Below, in pieces: positions 39,765-50,262 of a DNA stretch of 64,000 nt. Location: contig CAVTRY010000016.1 of assembly GCA_963737265.1 (NCBI GenBank), forward strand, positions 288,001-352,000. The letters are read 5' to 3'. Below the pieces are notes generated by a model, which searched no databases, was not told the origin of the DNA, and worked only from the letters and a program-made list of their open reading frames with translations. Numbering within the stretch: the first letter of the stretch is position 1; each line of letters begins with the position of its first letter. This DNA is from an uncultured delta proteobacterium (GTDB lineage: Bacteria; Myxococcota_A; Polyangia; Fen-1088). A program made the translations under genes and the position numbers.

Positions 39765-42700
39765 TCATCGTCGCAGATCTAGGGTCAACGGGAACAGAGG
39801 ATTCGCCTCCTCCGGCGGCGCGGTACCGGCTCCGGGCGAATGCCCGAAGGGAAAGAAACGTGCCTTGCGGCGGCTTTCGGCCTCAAGCGCATTGCGCGGC
39901 CGCGCGTCGAACGACAATCCGCCGGGGTGAGACACGTGGTAGGTGCAGCCGCCCACCGCGCGGCCATTCCACTCGTCGAAGACATCGAACACCAGCGGCG
40001 CGTGCACGGGAATGTTCGGGTGCAACGCCTCGGGGGGCTGCCAGGCGCGAAAGCGAACCCCCGCCACGAATTCACCTGGCGAGCCGGTGGACGTGAGCGG
40101 CAGCCGGCGCCCATTGCAAAAAAGCACGTGCCGCCCGTCGGTCAAGTTGCGTACGCGGATCTGCAGCCGCTCCAGCGACGAGTCCACGTAACGGGCGGTG
40201 CCGCCCACCGCGCCCTGTTCCGCCAGCACGTGCCAGGGTTCGAGCGCCCGGCGCAATTCGACGTCGAGCGAACGGACGTTGATGGCACCGATGAAGGGAA
40301 AGCGAAATTCGAAATGGGGACGGAACCACTCCGCTTCAAAGCCCAACCCGGCGTTGGCAAGATCCGCGACGACATCCTCGAAATCTTCGTGGACGAAATA
40401 GGGCAGCATGAAACGGTCGTGCAGCGCCGTTCCCCAGCGCACCAGGCGCTGTTGGTAGGGCGTTCGCCAAACCATCGCCACCAGCCCGCGCACCAGGAGC
40501 TGCTGGGCCAGACTCATGCGCGCGTGGGGCGGCATCTCGAAATTGCGCAGCTCCAGGATCCCCTGGCGGCCCGACGCCACGTCGGGGTTGTAGAGCTTGT
40601 CGATGCAAAACTCGGCGCGGTGGGTGTTGCCGGTGACGTCCACCAGCAGGTGGCGAAACAATCGGTCCACCCGCCACGGTACGCAGGTAGCGCCGGGTTC
40701 AATCTGGCGAAAGGCAATATCCAGCTCCGCCAGCGAATCTTGCCGGGCTTCGTCCACGCGAGGTGCCTGACTGGTGGGGCCGATGAACAGGCCCGAAAAC
40801 AAATACGACAGCGATGGGTGGTTGTTCCAGTAGGCGACCAAGCTGCGCAGCAGATCGGGACGGCGCAGGAGCGGGCTGTCCGCTGGCGTGCGCCCACCCA
40901 AGGTGATGTGATTGCCGCCTCCGGTGCCGCTGTGCCGGCCGTCGAGGTCGAATTTCTCGGTCGACAAGCCCACCTGGCGCGCCTCTTCATAGAGCACGGT
41001 GGTGACCTCGGTCAGACCTTGCCATGCGTACGAGGGTTGGATGTTCACCTCGAGCACGCCGGGATCAGGGGTCAGCTCGAACTTCACCAACCGCGCATCG
41101 GCCGGCGGCGGATACCCTTCGAGGCGCACCGGCAAGGAAAGCGCGACCGCCGTGCCTTCGATGGCGCTCACTAGCTCAAGGTAGGCCCCGAGCGCGGACA
41201 CGGGTGGCAAGAACACATGCAAGATGCCGCCCCGGGGCTCCACGCAAAGCGCGGTTCGCAGCAAGGCGGACGCGGATTGTCCCTTGGTGGGCGGCGGATC
41301 GTTGCCGATCCCTTGCAAGGCGGGCGCGGCCTGCAACAACACGCGCGCAGGCAACGGTGGCTGCTGCGCCAGCGGATCGGGATCGTAGATCGCCTCTCTG
41401 TCGCCGGGGGCTACCCACGGCAGGGAATCGAGCGGCAGGCGATAGCCCATGGGCGAATCGCCGGGCAGCAGAAACAGGTGCTCGCGGCGCAGGTGCCAGG
41501 GCCCGCTGCGCCAGCCCCGATCGGCGTCGCGCGCGAGCGGCAGGGCGTAGCCGACAATGGCGCCGAGCGAATTGCCGAACACCTTGGCCAAGCGCTTGCG
41601 TTCGAGCTCGTCGTCCAAACGCGCATCCAAGGGATCGACGTTGACGGGCAGATTGCGCTCGCGCCACAGGTAGTACCAAACATCTTCGTAGCCCGGCAGT
41701 AGGTGGTTCGCGGCCACACCCAGGCGCCGCGCCAGCTCGACCACGAAGGCGGATGCTTCGGCGGCGCCGTGCGCGGGATGCAGGCCATCCTCGGCCACCA
41801 GTAGGCCTGCGTCATCCCAAATCGGGATTCGATCGGTCCGGTAGTAGCACGCAATCGTCCAGCGAGGCAGCGGCTCGCCGGGATACCATTTTCCCTGCCC
41901 GTGGTGAAGGACACCGCCCGGCGCGAAGCGTCCCTTGAGCCGGCGCGCCAGCGTATCGGCGAGGCGAAACTTAGCGCCGCCGAGCGCGGCCGTGTTCCAC
42001 TCGGGCGCATCCGGCTCCGAGCTCGAACACGAAGGTCGGCTCGCCGCCCATGGATAGCCGAACGTCCTGCGCCTCCAGCGCGCGGTCCACGACTTCGCCC
42101 AAGCTCTGCACACGCGCCCAGGCCTCGTCGCTGTAGGGCTTGGTGCTGCGCGGAGCTTCGGCCACCCGCTCCACAGTCATGGCGAAAGAGAACGATTCGC
42201 CGAGCTTGTCGTCCTCGCTTCGCTTGTCCCACGCGAAGGTCCCGGTGATCGGCGCGGCCGAGCCGGGCTCGGGCGTGCAAGCCAAAGGAATGTGCCCTTC
42301 GCCCGCCAGGAGCCCGCTCGTGGCATCGAAACCGACCCACCCGGCACCAGGCAAGAACACCTCCGTCCAGGCGTGCAGATCGGCCACGTCGTCGGCCACC
42401 CCGGCGGGTCCCACCACGGGTTTTTCATCGGGCCGCAGCTGGATCGAATAGCCCGAGGCGAAGCGCGTGGCAAAACCGAGGTGGCGCAGCAGTTGGCACT
42501 GCAGCCAGGCGAAGTCGCGACACGAACCGTGGCCCAAGGTCAAGGTCCGTTCGGGCGTGAACACGCCGGGTTCCATACGAATGTCGTAGCGAAGCGCGCG
42601 CTGAACGTGTTGGTTGATATCGACCAGCACATCGATGGTGCGGCGATCGGCGCGAGCGTATTGGGTTCGACAGTCCCCGATCAAGCCAGCCATGCGCGAT

Positions 42701-43065
42701 TCGACCGGAAGGGTGTCGAAATACGGCTGAAGCTCGCGCTTCAGGGCAGCGTCGTAGCGCAGCGGGTGCTTCTCGGCATCCTCTTCGAGAAAAAAGTCGA
42801 ACGGATTGACGGTGACGAGATCCGCGACCAGATCCACCGCGACTTCCAACGCGGCTGCCGGTTCGAGGAAGACGAGTCGCGCCTGAAAATTGCCAAACGG
42901 ATCTTGCTGCCAATTCAGGAAATGCTTTTCCGGAATTATCTTCAGCGCGTACGCTTCGATGGTCGAGCGCGTGTGGGGCGCGGGCCGAAGCCGGACCACG
43001 TGGGGAGAAAAGGTAACGGGACGATCATACGCATAGCGGGTGATGTGATGTAGGGTGACTCGCAC
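39765..43065 (-). CDS. Large transglutaminase fused to DUF2126 putative amidoligase (frameshift at ~42026)
   Basis: VRLRPAPH, NWQQDPFGN, triad GSCRD / LHAW / GFDATSG, GGEPTFV|S, GQGKWYPGEPLPRW, TPDPGVLEVN, GTGGGNH, GNTHRAEFCIDKLY, GGCTYHVSHPGG. Confidence 0.88.
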
Positions 43066-43299
43066 AGTCGAAGGGTAGCCCGGCATCGGTATCCAGGGTG
43101 TTTCCGGCCGGTATGTTCGCGGCGACGAAATGCGCAGGTGATGAGCTTTGGGCGAAAGGCCCCCAACGCCCACGCTCTGAAGACACGAGGCACCTGGGGA
43201 AAACCATTTACCGATATTTCTCGGGCGCGAAACGCCCCGGCAATACGCGAGAGGTAGCCTACATGTGACCTCTTAACTAGACAAACCAGGTTCCCATTC

Positions 43300-44772
43300 A
43301 TGACGCCACCATCGCCTCCTACCCCACCCTTCCTGGATGAAATGTACGGCCCGGGCACCTTGGACGACTTCGCGGGACGTCGGGCATCCGGCCAGGTGCG
43401 CGCCCCTTACCGCCACATCGACGAATGGCTACGGTCCACCGACCAGGCCGACTTCGCCAGCAAAAGGGAGGAAGCCGATCTGATTTTCCGCCGCGTGGGC
43501 ATTACCTTCAACGTGTACGGCGACAACGCCGGTACCGAACGACTGATTCCCTTCGACATCATTCCGCGTGTGCTGGCCGCCGACGAGTGGTCGCGCTTGG
43601 CTGCGGGGCTGGTGCAACGGGTGAAAGCGCTGAATATGTTCCTGCACGACATCTACCATGGGCAGGACGTGGTTCGCGCGGGCGTGGTGCCCGAGGCGCA
43701 CCTGCTGCGCAATTCGCTCTTTCGCCCCGAGATGAAGGGCGTGGACGTGCCCGGCAATATCTACGTGCACATCGCGGGCATCGACATCGTGCGCGTCGAG
43801 GAAGGCACCTTCTACGTCTTGGAAGACAACCTGCGCACGCCATCGGGCGTGTCCTACATGCTGCAAAATCGGGCGGTCATGATGCGCCTGTTCCCGCACG
43901 TCTTCGCCAAGGCGCGCGTGGCTCCGGTGGACCACTACTGCCAAGAACTGCTGCGCTGCCTGCGCTCGGTTGCCCCGGCCAGCACCGAGGGCGAGCCGAC
44001 TGTGGTGGTGATGACCCCGGGCCCCTACAACAGCGCCTATTTCGAGCACACGTTCTTGGCCGAACAAATGGGCGTCGAGCTGGCGGAAGGGCAGGATCTC
44101 TTCGTGCGCGACAATGCGGTCTACATGCGCACCACCTTGGGGCCACGGCGGGTGGACGTGATCTATCGCCGCATCGACGACGACAGCCTGGATCCCCTCG
44201 CCTTTCGCCCCGACAGCATGCTGGGCGTGCCGGGCCTGCTCAGCGTCTACCACAACGGTGGCGTGACCCTGGCCAACGCCATCGGCACCGGCGTGGCCGA
44301 CGACAAGTCGAGCTATCCCTATGTGCCCGACCTCATCAAATTCTACCTCGGCGAAACACCCATTCTCGGCAACGTGCCCACCTATCGCTGTTCGATCGAC
44401 AGCGACAGAGCCTACGTGCTCGAACACCTGCCCGAATTGGTGGTCAAGCAAACCCAAGGGTCGGGCGGGTACGGCATGCTCATCGGTCCGCGCAGCACGC
44501 GCGAAGAGCAGGCCAAGTTTCGTGCGCTCGTCACCGCCCACCCCGATGGCTACATCGCCCAACCCACGCTGGCGCTTTCGTCCTGCCCGACTTTCGTCGA
44601 GGAAGGCATCGCGCCGCGCCACATCGATCTGCGGCCGTTCATTCTGACCGGGCAGAACGGCAGCGTGGTGGTGCCGGGTGGTCTCACGCGCGTGGCACTC
44701 AGCCGCGGCTCCCTCGTCGTCAATTCATCTCAGGGCGGTGGCACCAAGGACACCTGGGTGCTGCGTCCATGA
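43300..44772 (+). CDS. Circularly permuted type-2 ATP-grasp protein
   Basis: GITFNVYG, ERLIPFDIIPR, VLEDNLRTPSGVSY, NSAYFEH, VIYRRIDD, NAIGTGVADDK, GGLTRVAL, VVNSSQGGGTKDTWV. Confidence 0.93.
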   Translation: MTPPSPPTPPFLDEMYGPGTLDDFAGRRASGQVRAPYRHIDEWLRSTDQADFASKREEADLIFRRVGITFNVYGDNAGTERLIPFDIIPRVLAADEWSRLAAGLVQRVKALNMFLHDIYHGQDVVRAGVVPEAHLLRNSLFRPEMKGVDVPGNIYVHIAGIDIVRVEEGTFYVLEDNLRTPSGVSYMLQNRAVMMRLFPHVFAKARVAPVDHYCQELLRCLRSVAPASTEGEPTVVVMTPGPYNSAYFEHTFLAEQMGVELAEGQDLFVRDNAVYMRTTLGPRRVDVIYRRIDDDSLDPLAFRPDSMLGVPGLLSVYHNGGVTLANAIGTGVADDKSSYPYVPDLIKFYLGETPILGNVPTYRCSIDSDRAYVLEHLPELVVKQTQGSGGYGMLIGPRSTREEQAKFRALVTAHPDGYIAQPTLALSSCPTFVEEGIAPRHIDLRPFILTGQNGSVVVPGGLTRVALSRGSLVVNSSQGGGTKDTWVLRP

Positions 44773-44809
44773 CGACAATGACGCCCATGAACGGAGAGCG
44801 AGACTAGCT

Positions 44810-45748
44810 ATGCTCAGCCGAACCGCCGACAATCTGTACTGGACCGGGCGCTACATGGAACGCGCCGAGAACCTGGCCCGCGTGCTCGACGTCAGCTACC
44901 GCAACGCCCTGCTCGACCTGGCGGGCTCGTCGCCCGAGAGCGAATGGCGAGATGCCCTGGCGAGCCTCGGCAATCCGCCCCAGTTCACTGCGCGCGATCA
45001 GAAATTGAACGAGGCCGACGTCACGCGCTTCTTCACCCTCGACGTCGAAAGTCCGTGCAGCATCAAGTTCTGCGTGCACGCCGCGCGGGAAAATGCCCGT
45101 GCCTTGCGCGCGGTGATTTCGACCGAGATGTGGGAAAGCATCAACACGACGTGGCTTGCGTTGCGCGATCTCGACGAGACTTCCCTGTACGCGCGCGGGC
45201 TGCGCGAATTTTTCGACTGGGTCAAGGATCGCTCGCACCTCTTTCGCGGCGTCTCGCACGGCACCACCTTGCACGACGACGCCTTCCACTTCCTGCGTCT
45301 CGGAACCTTCCTGGAACGAGCCGACAGCACCGCACGCTTGCTCGACACCAAGTATCAGGCGTTGGCGGGCATGGACGCGGAGGCCGCGGGCGCCACCTAC
45401 TACGCCTGGGGCGCGGTCTTGCGCCAGGCCAGCGCCTTCCGCGCCTATCACCAGACCTACCACGACGTCATCACCCCGCCGCGCGTGGCCGAGTTGCTGA
45501 CCCTGCGCCTGGAGATGCCGCGCAGCCTGCGTTTTTGCGCCAATCAGGTCGTCGAGCACCTGGATTCCCTGGCAGGAAACCGCGACCTCGAAGCGCAGCG
45601 CTTGGCCGGCGAGCTGCACGCGCGCCTGCGCTTTGCCCGCATCGACCGCGTGCTCAGCCAGGGACTGCACGATTTTCTTAGCGAAGTCACCCAGCGAATT
45701 ACCGGTCTTTCCACCCAACTAGCCCAAGACTTCCTCATGACCGTTTGA
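44810..45748 (+). CDS. Alpha-E domain protein (DUF403)
   Basis: MLSRTADNLYWTGRYMERAEN, ARENAR, GTFLERAD, PRSL. Confidence 0.92.
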   Translation: MLSRTADNLYWTGRYMERAENLARVLDVSYRNALLDLAGSSPESEWRDALASLGNPPQFTARDQKLNEADVTRFFTLDVESPCSIKFCVHAARENARALRAVISTEMWESINTTWLALRDLDETSLYARGLREFFDWVKDRSHLFRGVSHGTTLHDDAFHFLRLGTFLERADSTARLLDTKYQALAGMDAEAAGATYYAWGAVLRQASAFRAYHQTYHDVITPPRVAELLTLRLEMPRSLRFCANQVVEHLDSLAGNRDLEAQRLAGELHARLRFARIDRVLSQGLHDFLSEVTQRITGLSTQLAQDFLMTV

Positions 45749-45760
45749 ACGGAGCCCGCC

Positions 45761-46660
45761 ATGCGATTGTCCATCGTTCACGAAACCAAGTACCGTTACG
45801 CCACGCCCGCCAATTACACCATTCAATACGTGCGCCTGTCGCCGCAATCGACGATTCAGCAAAAAGTCCTCAATTGGAAATTGGACTTGCCCGGACCCGC
45901 GCGGCCTTTTCTCGACGGCTTCGGCAACACCGCGCACGTCCTCGTCATCGACAAGCCTCACCAGGAAATTCGCATCCGTGCCCGCGGCGAGGTGGAAGTG
46001 GCGGACGAGCCGCTGACCCTGCCCGACATGGGACCGCACCGGCCCGAGATCTACATGCGATCGACCGAGTTGACCGCCCAGGACGAAGCGCTGATGCGTT
46101 TTTCGGATGGCTTTCGCCGCCAGACGACGAACGATCGCGTCGGCGGGATGGAGTCGCTGATGGCCGCCGTGCGCGAGAAGGTCGACTACCGACCCGGCGT
46201 CACCCAGGTGACGACGCCCGCCGCCCAAGCCTTCGCCCGCGGCGCCGGCGTGTGCCAGGATCACGCGCACGTGTTCGTCTCCTGCTGCCGCCAATTGAAC
46301 GTTCCCGCCCGCTACGTCAGCGGCTACCTGGCGCCCAAGAACCGCGTGACCGACAGCGACGGAAAGCGACAAGAGATGGCCAGCCACGCCTGGGCCGAAG
46401 CGTGGATCGACGGCGTCGGTTGGCAAGGCTTCGACGTGGCCAATCAGGTGCGCGCCCACGGCCGCCACGTGCGCGTGGCCGTCGGCCTCGACTACCTGGA
46501 CGCCTGCCCGGTGCGTGGCTTTCACCGCGGCGGCAGCGGCGAATCCATGGGCGTCGAGGTCCAAGTCAACGAAACCATGTATCGCGAAGACGGACAAAAC
46601 CAGGCCAACGCCGCGGCCGCAAGCGACGAGCTTCAACAACAACAACAACAACAACAGTAG
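45761..46660 (+). CDS. Transglutaminase-like protein with C-terminal poly-Gln
   Basis: MRLSIVHETKYRY; triad GVCQDHAH / ASHAW / GFD; GLDYLDACPVRG; ends ELQQQQQQQQ. Confidence 0.92.
   Translation: MRLSIVHETKYRYATPANYTIQYVRLSPQSTIQQKVLNWKLDLPGPARPFLDGFGNTAHVLVIDKPHQEIRIRARGEVEVADEPLTLPDMGPHRPEIYMRSTELTAQDEALMRFSDGFRRQTTNDRVGGMESLMAAVREKVDYRPGVTQVTTPAAQAFARGAGVCQDHAHVFVSCCRQLNVPARYVSGYLAPKNRVTDSDGKRQEMASHAWAEAWIDGVGWQGFDVANQVRAHGRHVRVAVGLDYLDACPVRGFHRGGSGESMGVEVQVNETMYREDGQNQANAAAASDELQQQQQQQQ
46634..46657 (+). repeat. (CAA)7CAG trinucleotide repeat encoding Gln8
   Basis: Read directly, immediately before the TAG. Confidence 0.95.
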
Positions 46661-46769
46661 TTCTTTCGGCGCCAGGATTCGTGCGCCGTTCTGATTATGA
46701 CTCAACGCACCTCAACGATGATTTACCGATCGACCTGCCTGGTTCGTTTACGCTCACGCGGTCGGCAAA

Positions 46770-47711
46770 CTAGAGTCCCTCTGTTTTTCGTGTTCGACGA
46801 AGACGCACGGTGAAGACCGCGCCACCAAGCGGCGATGTGCCCACTTCCAGCGTACCGCCTTGCGCCTGCACGGCAGCCCGGACGCTGAGCAGTCCGAGTC
46901 CCAGTCCCTGCGGCTTGCTGGTCTCGAAGGCTGCGAAGATACTCTCGCGCCGGTCGACGGGGATGCCCGGGCCGTTGTCATGAACTTCCAGACGCACGTG
47001 CGTGGAATCGGAAGCCAGCACGAGGCGCAAAACGCCCTTCGTTGCACACGCGTCGGCCGCGTTCAGCACGAGATTCGCAATGATCTGCTCGAATAGGACG
47101 ACGTCGATCTCGGCCACCGCCTCGGAACAAATGTCGGTTTCGATGCGGCGATCGTGAAGGCGGGGAAGCTTGGAAAGTGCGCGAAGCATTGATCGCGCAA
47201 TCGGCACCAAATCGCACTGCTCGGTTTGTAGGAATCGTTCGCCGCGCGCCGTGCGCGCCAAGCGCAGCGCAAGCTCGCGCCCCCGCGCGATGGCCTCTGC
47301 CGCACCCCGAAGTCGCGCTGAAATCGTCTGGGCGTCGGAGCTGCCCTGAACCTCCGTGATGGCGAACGCGGCGACCATGAGCGCGTTGTTGAAATCATGC
47401 GCAACGCCAGCCGCCAGCTCGCCCGCTAGCACCCGGCTCTGCACGCTGATGGTCGCTTGAAACAGGCGTTGCCGCTCCTCGATAGCACGCTGAAGCCGTC
47501 GGAGTATCAACCAAGCTGCGAGAAAGAGCAGCACGGCGGTCGCAAGGACGAACGCCAGTCCCTTGAGCCGCTCGATCCGCGCCAGATCATGGACGTCGGC
47601 CGCGATGCGGGCCGCGATGACTCCGGAAAGCCAAATGTAGGCTGCCGCAGTCAGCCCGTACGCAAAAGCTAGAGCGAAAGCATTGCGAAGCGGCTTGACC
47701 TGCAAATGCAT
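46770..47711 (-). CDS. Membrane sensor histidine kinase (orphan)
   Basis: Two TMs, H-box AHDFNN, N-box NLVLNAADA, DNGPGI, GLGLGL. Confidence 0.88.
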   Translation of the reverse strand: MHLQVKPLRNAFALAFAYGLTAAAYIWLSGVIAARIAADVHDLARIERLKGLAFVLATAVLLFLAAWLILRRLQRAIEERQRLFQATISVQSRVLAGELAAGVAHDFNNALMVAAFAITEVQGSSDAQTISARLRGAAEAIARGRELALRLARTARGERFLQTEQCDLVPIARSMLRALSKLPRLHDRRIETDICSEAVAEIDVVLFEQIIANLVLNAADACATKGVLRLVLASDSTHVRLEVHDNGPGIPVDRRESIFAAFETSKPQGLGLGLLSVRAAVQAQGGTLEVGTSPLGGAVFTVRLRRTRKTEGL

Positions 47712-47792
47712 AGTGCCGCCGCGATTCTATCAGCGAAAGGCCCGAAGAAGCGATCATCGCGTCTCGCCGCTCGCACGAGCGATTGGAAAGGG

Positions 47793-48347
47793 TTACTTGG
47801 CCGGCGCGGGCGGCGCGGGCGTTACCCTCTTCCTCGGAATAAATGTCGGCCGCAAGCCCTCGATGATTTGGATCTTGGCGGAGTTGGGATCGCGGCGCAT
47901 ATCCATGTTCTTGATGCGTTCGAGCGTGTTCTTGAGGATGACCATGCGGCCGTGCTCGGCCTCGTCGCAGGGAGCAATCGATCCCGATTCGCACAGGGCG
48001 AGAGCGCGCATAGCCTCGCTGTAGGCGTAGGCCGCCTCGAAATGATCGACGAAGGCCACGCTGCGCGCGTGGTGGAGGCGATGATCGTCGGGATGCGCAG
48101 CAAGCGCCGAATCCAGCGTCGGCAGCGCCCATTCTGGATGGCCGACGTCCATGAAAATGCCGGCGAGGTTGAGCGCCGTCACGGTATCGTCGGGCGTGGC
48201 CATCAACTGGGCCTGAAGCTCGGCGATGCGCTGGCGGGCCGGCGAGTTGTCGGGCACCGCTGGCTTCACCTTCACGTCCGGTCTGGGCATGAGGATCGCC
48301 ACCGCCAGAAGCACTAGGATCGCCAAATCGAGAATGCGAGTGACCAC
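47793..48347 (-). CDS. Hypothetical membrane-anchored TPR-like protein
   Basis: N-terminal hydrophobic helix and helical repeat pattern (PDD..ALNLA, HPDDHRL). Confidence 0.6.
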   Translation of the reverse strand: MVTRILDLAILVLLAVAILMPRPDVKVKPAVPDNSPARQRIAELQAQLMATPDDTVTALNLAGIFMDVGHPEWALPTLDSALAAHPDDHRLHHARSVAFVDHFEAAYAYSEAMRALALCESGSIAPCDEAEHGRMVILKNTLERIKNMDMRRDPNSAKIQIIEGLRPTFIPRKRVTPAPPAPAK

Positions 48348-48494
48348 CGTGCCCTACTCGTACCGCAAACCCGCGGCGCGGTCCAGCGACCTGGTCCGTC
48401 CGTAATCCCGCGACAAGCGCAGCGACGTCGCGGAAGGCGGCAGAAAAAGGCGCCTTTCCAGGATGGACGGGCCCCCCAGTTGGAGCGATGAATG

Positions 48495-48576
48495 GTGGTC
48501 GTAAACGTCGTCGTGGTCGTGGTCGTGGTCGTGGCCCTGGCCGTGGCCGACGAAGATCACTCCGGCCACGGCCACA
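48495..48576. repeat. Intergenic hexamer repeat (GTGGTC/GTGGCC)n with short inverted arm
   Basis: gtcgtggtcgtggtcgtggtcgtggccctggccgtggcc ... ggccacggccac. Confidence 0.75.
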
Positions 48577-48716
48577 ACCTTCTGCGCCTGTCGCGGGATT
48601 GCGGTCCGCGCATGGTCCGCCCCATTTCTCCCCAGGCTGTGGTAAAAAGCCCCGGTCTCGAAAAGCCTCTATGCCCGAACCAGCGGGATTATTGCCTAGA
48701 CAAGATTTTCTGGCTG

Positions 48717-48732
48717 TGGCATCTGGAATGCA
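48717..48732 (+). promoter_or_regulatory. Candidate sigma54 promoter of the motor operon
   Basis: TGGCATCTGGAATGCA with GG-N10-GC spacing, ~150 nt upstream of the first TolQ-like gene. Confidence 0.55.
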
Positions 48733-48879
48733 CTCGTACTGCCTGGGCCTATTTGGGTGTGGCGATTACCCCCGGGGCGAACCTAGATTTTCCAACCGCT
48801 TTTCTGTTCTTGTTTGGTCGGTGGTGTGTGGGTGGAAAAGCACTGTCCGCGTCACCGACGAAAGACCGAAGGAGGAACC

Positions 48880-49521
48880 ATGACCGTTTTGAAGCTACTG
48901 GCCGATGCCTTCCACGAAGGCGGGTGGGGAATGTGGCCCATCCTCACGCTCCTCATGATTACGGTGTCCATCATCACCGAACGCGCGGTCGTTCTCCGCA
49001 AGGCAGTCATCGACAAGGACAAACTGCTCGCCCTCCTTCGCTCGCAGATTTCGCAGGGCAACATCCAAGGCGCGATCAAGGTTTGCTCCGGCAACCCGAC
49101 GCCGCTCACCCGCATCGTGCAGACCGGTCTCATGCGCGCTAACCGCTCCGAAGCCGAAATCGTGTCGGCCATGGAAGAGTCTTCGCTGCGCGAGTTGCCC
49201 GCCGTCGAGAAGCGAACGGGCTACCTCGCCATGCTGGGAAACCTGGCGACCCTGGCCGGCCTTCTCGGCACCATCACGGGTCTTATCAAGTCGTTCGCCG
49301 GCGTCGCCGGTGTCGACCCGTCGCAGAAAGCAACCCTGCTGTCGAAAGGCATCTCCGAGGCCATGAACTGCACGGCTTTCGGCCTCGGTACCGGAATCAT
49401 CGGCCTCGCGTCCTTCGCCTGGCTGAACGGCAAGACCCAGGGAATTCTCGACGATATCGCGGAAATGAAGAAGAACGTGGTCAACCTCGTCGCTAGCGCC
49501 AAAGCCGCCAAGCACGGGTAA
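48880..49521 (+). CDS. aglR: MotA/TolQ/ExbB proton channel, AglR-like copy 1
   Basis: EGGWGMWPI, GYLAMLGNLATLAGLLGTITGLI, GISEAMNCTAFGL; GGAGG RBS. Confidence 0.8.
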   Translation: MTVLKLLADAFHEGGWGMWPILTLLMITVSIITERAVVLRKAVIDKDKLLALLRSQISQGNIQGAIKVCSGNPTPLTRIVQTGLMRANRSEAEIVSAMEESSLRELPAVEKRTGYLAMLGNLATLAGLLGTITGLIKSFAGVAGVDPSQKATLLSKGISEAMNCTAFGLGTGIIGLASFAWLNGKTQGILDDIAEMKKNVVNLVASAKAAKHG

Positions 49522-49564
49522 ACATCAACCAGTTTCGAAACGCCAAGGAAAAGGAGATCTAGCA

Positions 49565-50200
49565 ATGTTTTTGATGGAAGCTTTCAAAGAGGGCGGCTGG
49601 GGCATGTACCCAATTCTTCTGCTCTGCTGCATTACAATCTATCTCACGATCGAGCGCGCCTCGTTCTTGGCCAAGTCCAAGATTGACGTGGACAAGCTGA
49701 TGTCGCTGGTCAAGTCCCAGATCGTCGGCGGCAACCTGCGCGGCGCCATTTCAACCTGCGATGCCACCCCGACGGGCGTCACCAAGATCATCGCGGCCGG
49801 CTTGCGCAAGGCCGAGCAGAATGCATCCGAGCACGAGATCCAGCAGGGTATGGATGAAGAGGCTCTGCGCGAGCTGCCCAAGATCGAGAAGCGAACGGGC
49901 TATCTCGCCATGCTGGGAAACCTGGCGACCCTGGCCGGCCTCCTCGGCACCATCACCGGCCTCATCAAGTCGTTCGCGTCGGTCGCGGGCGTCGATCCGT
50001 CGATGAAGGCGACCATGCTCTCGAAAGGTATCTCCGAGGCCATGAACTGCACCGCCTTCGGTCTCGGCACCGGTATCTTGGGTCTGGCTGCCTACGCCGT
50101 GCTCAACGGCAAGACCCAGCACATCCTCGACGGTGTCAACCAAGCCACGGTTGAGGCGCTCAATCTCGTCGTTGCCGGCAAAGATGCCGGTCGTCGCTAA
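49565..50200 (+). CDS. aglR: MotA/TolQ/ExbB proton channel, AglR-like copy 2
   Basis: Same TM2/TM3 motifs; tandem paralog. Confidence 0.8.
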   Translation: MFLMEAFKEGGWGMYPILLLCCITIYLTIERASFLAKSKIDVDKLMSLVKSQIVGGNLRGAISTCDATPTGVTKIIAAGLRKAEQNASEHEIQQGMDEEALRELPKIEKRTGYLAMLGNLATLAGLLGTITGLIKSFASVAGVDPSMKATMLSKGISEAMNCTAFGLGTGILGLAAYAVLNGKTQHILDGVNQATVEALNLVVAGKDAGRR

Positions 50201-50262
50201 CATCCGCTGAACAGCAAACGTCCTAGGGGCGGCGCTTTCCGCCCCCAGACCGGAGCAAAACC

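Noticed and set aside
48354-48575. 73-aa His/Asp-rich ORF as a metal-binding peptide
   Set aside because: The HDHD run is simply the translation of the hexamer repeat; no RBS or family support
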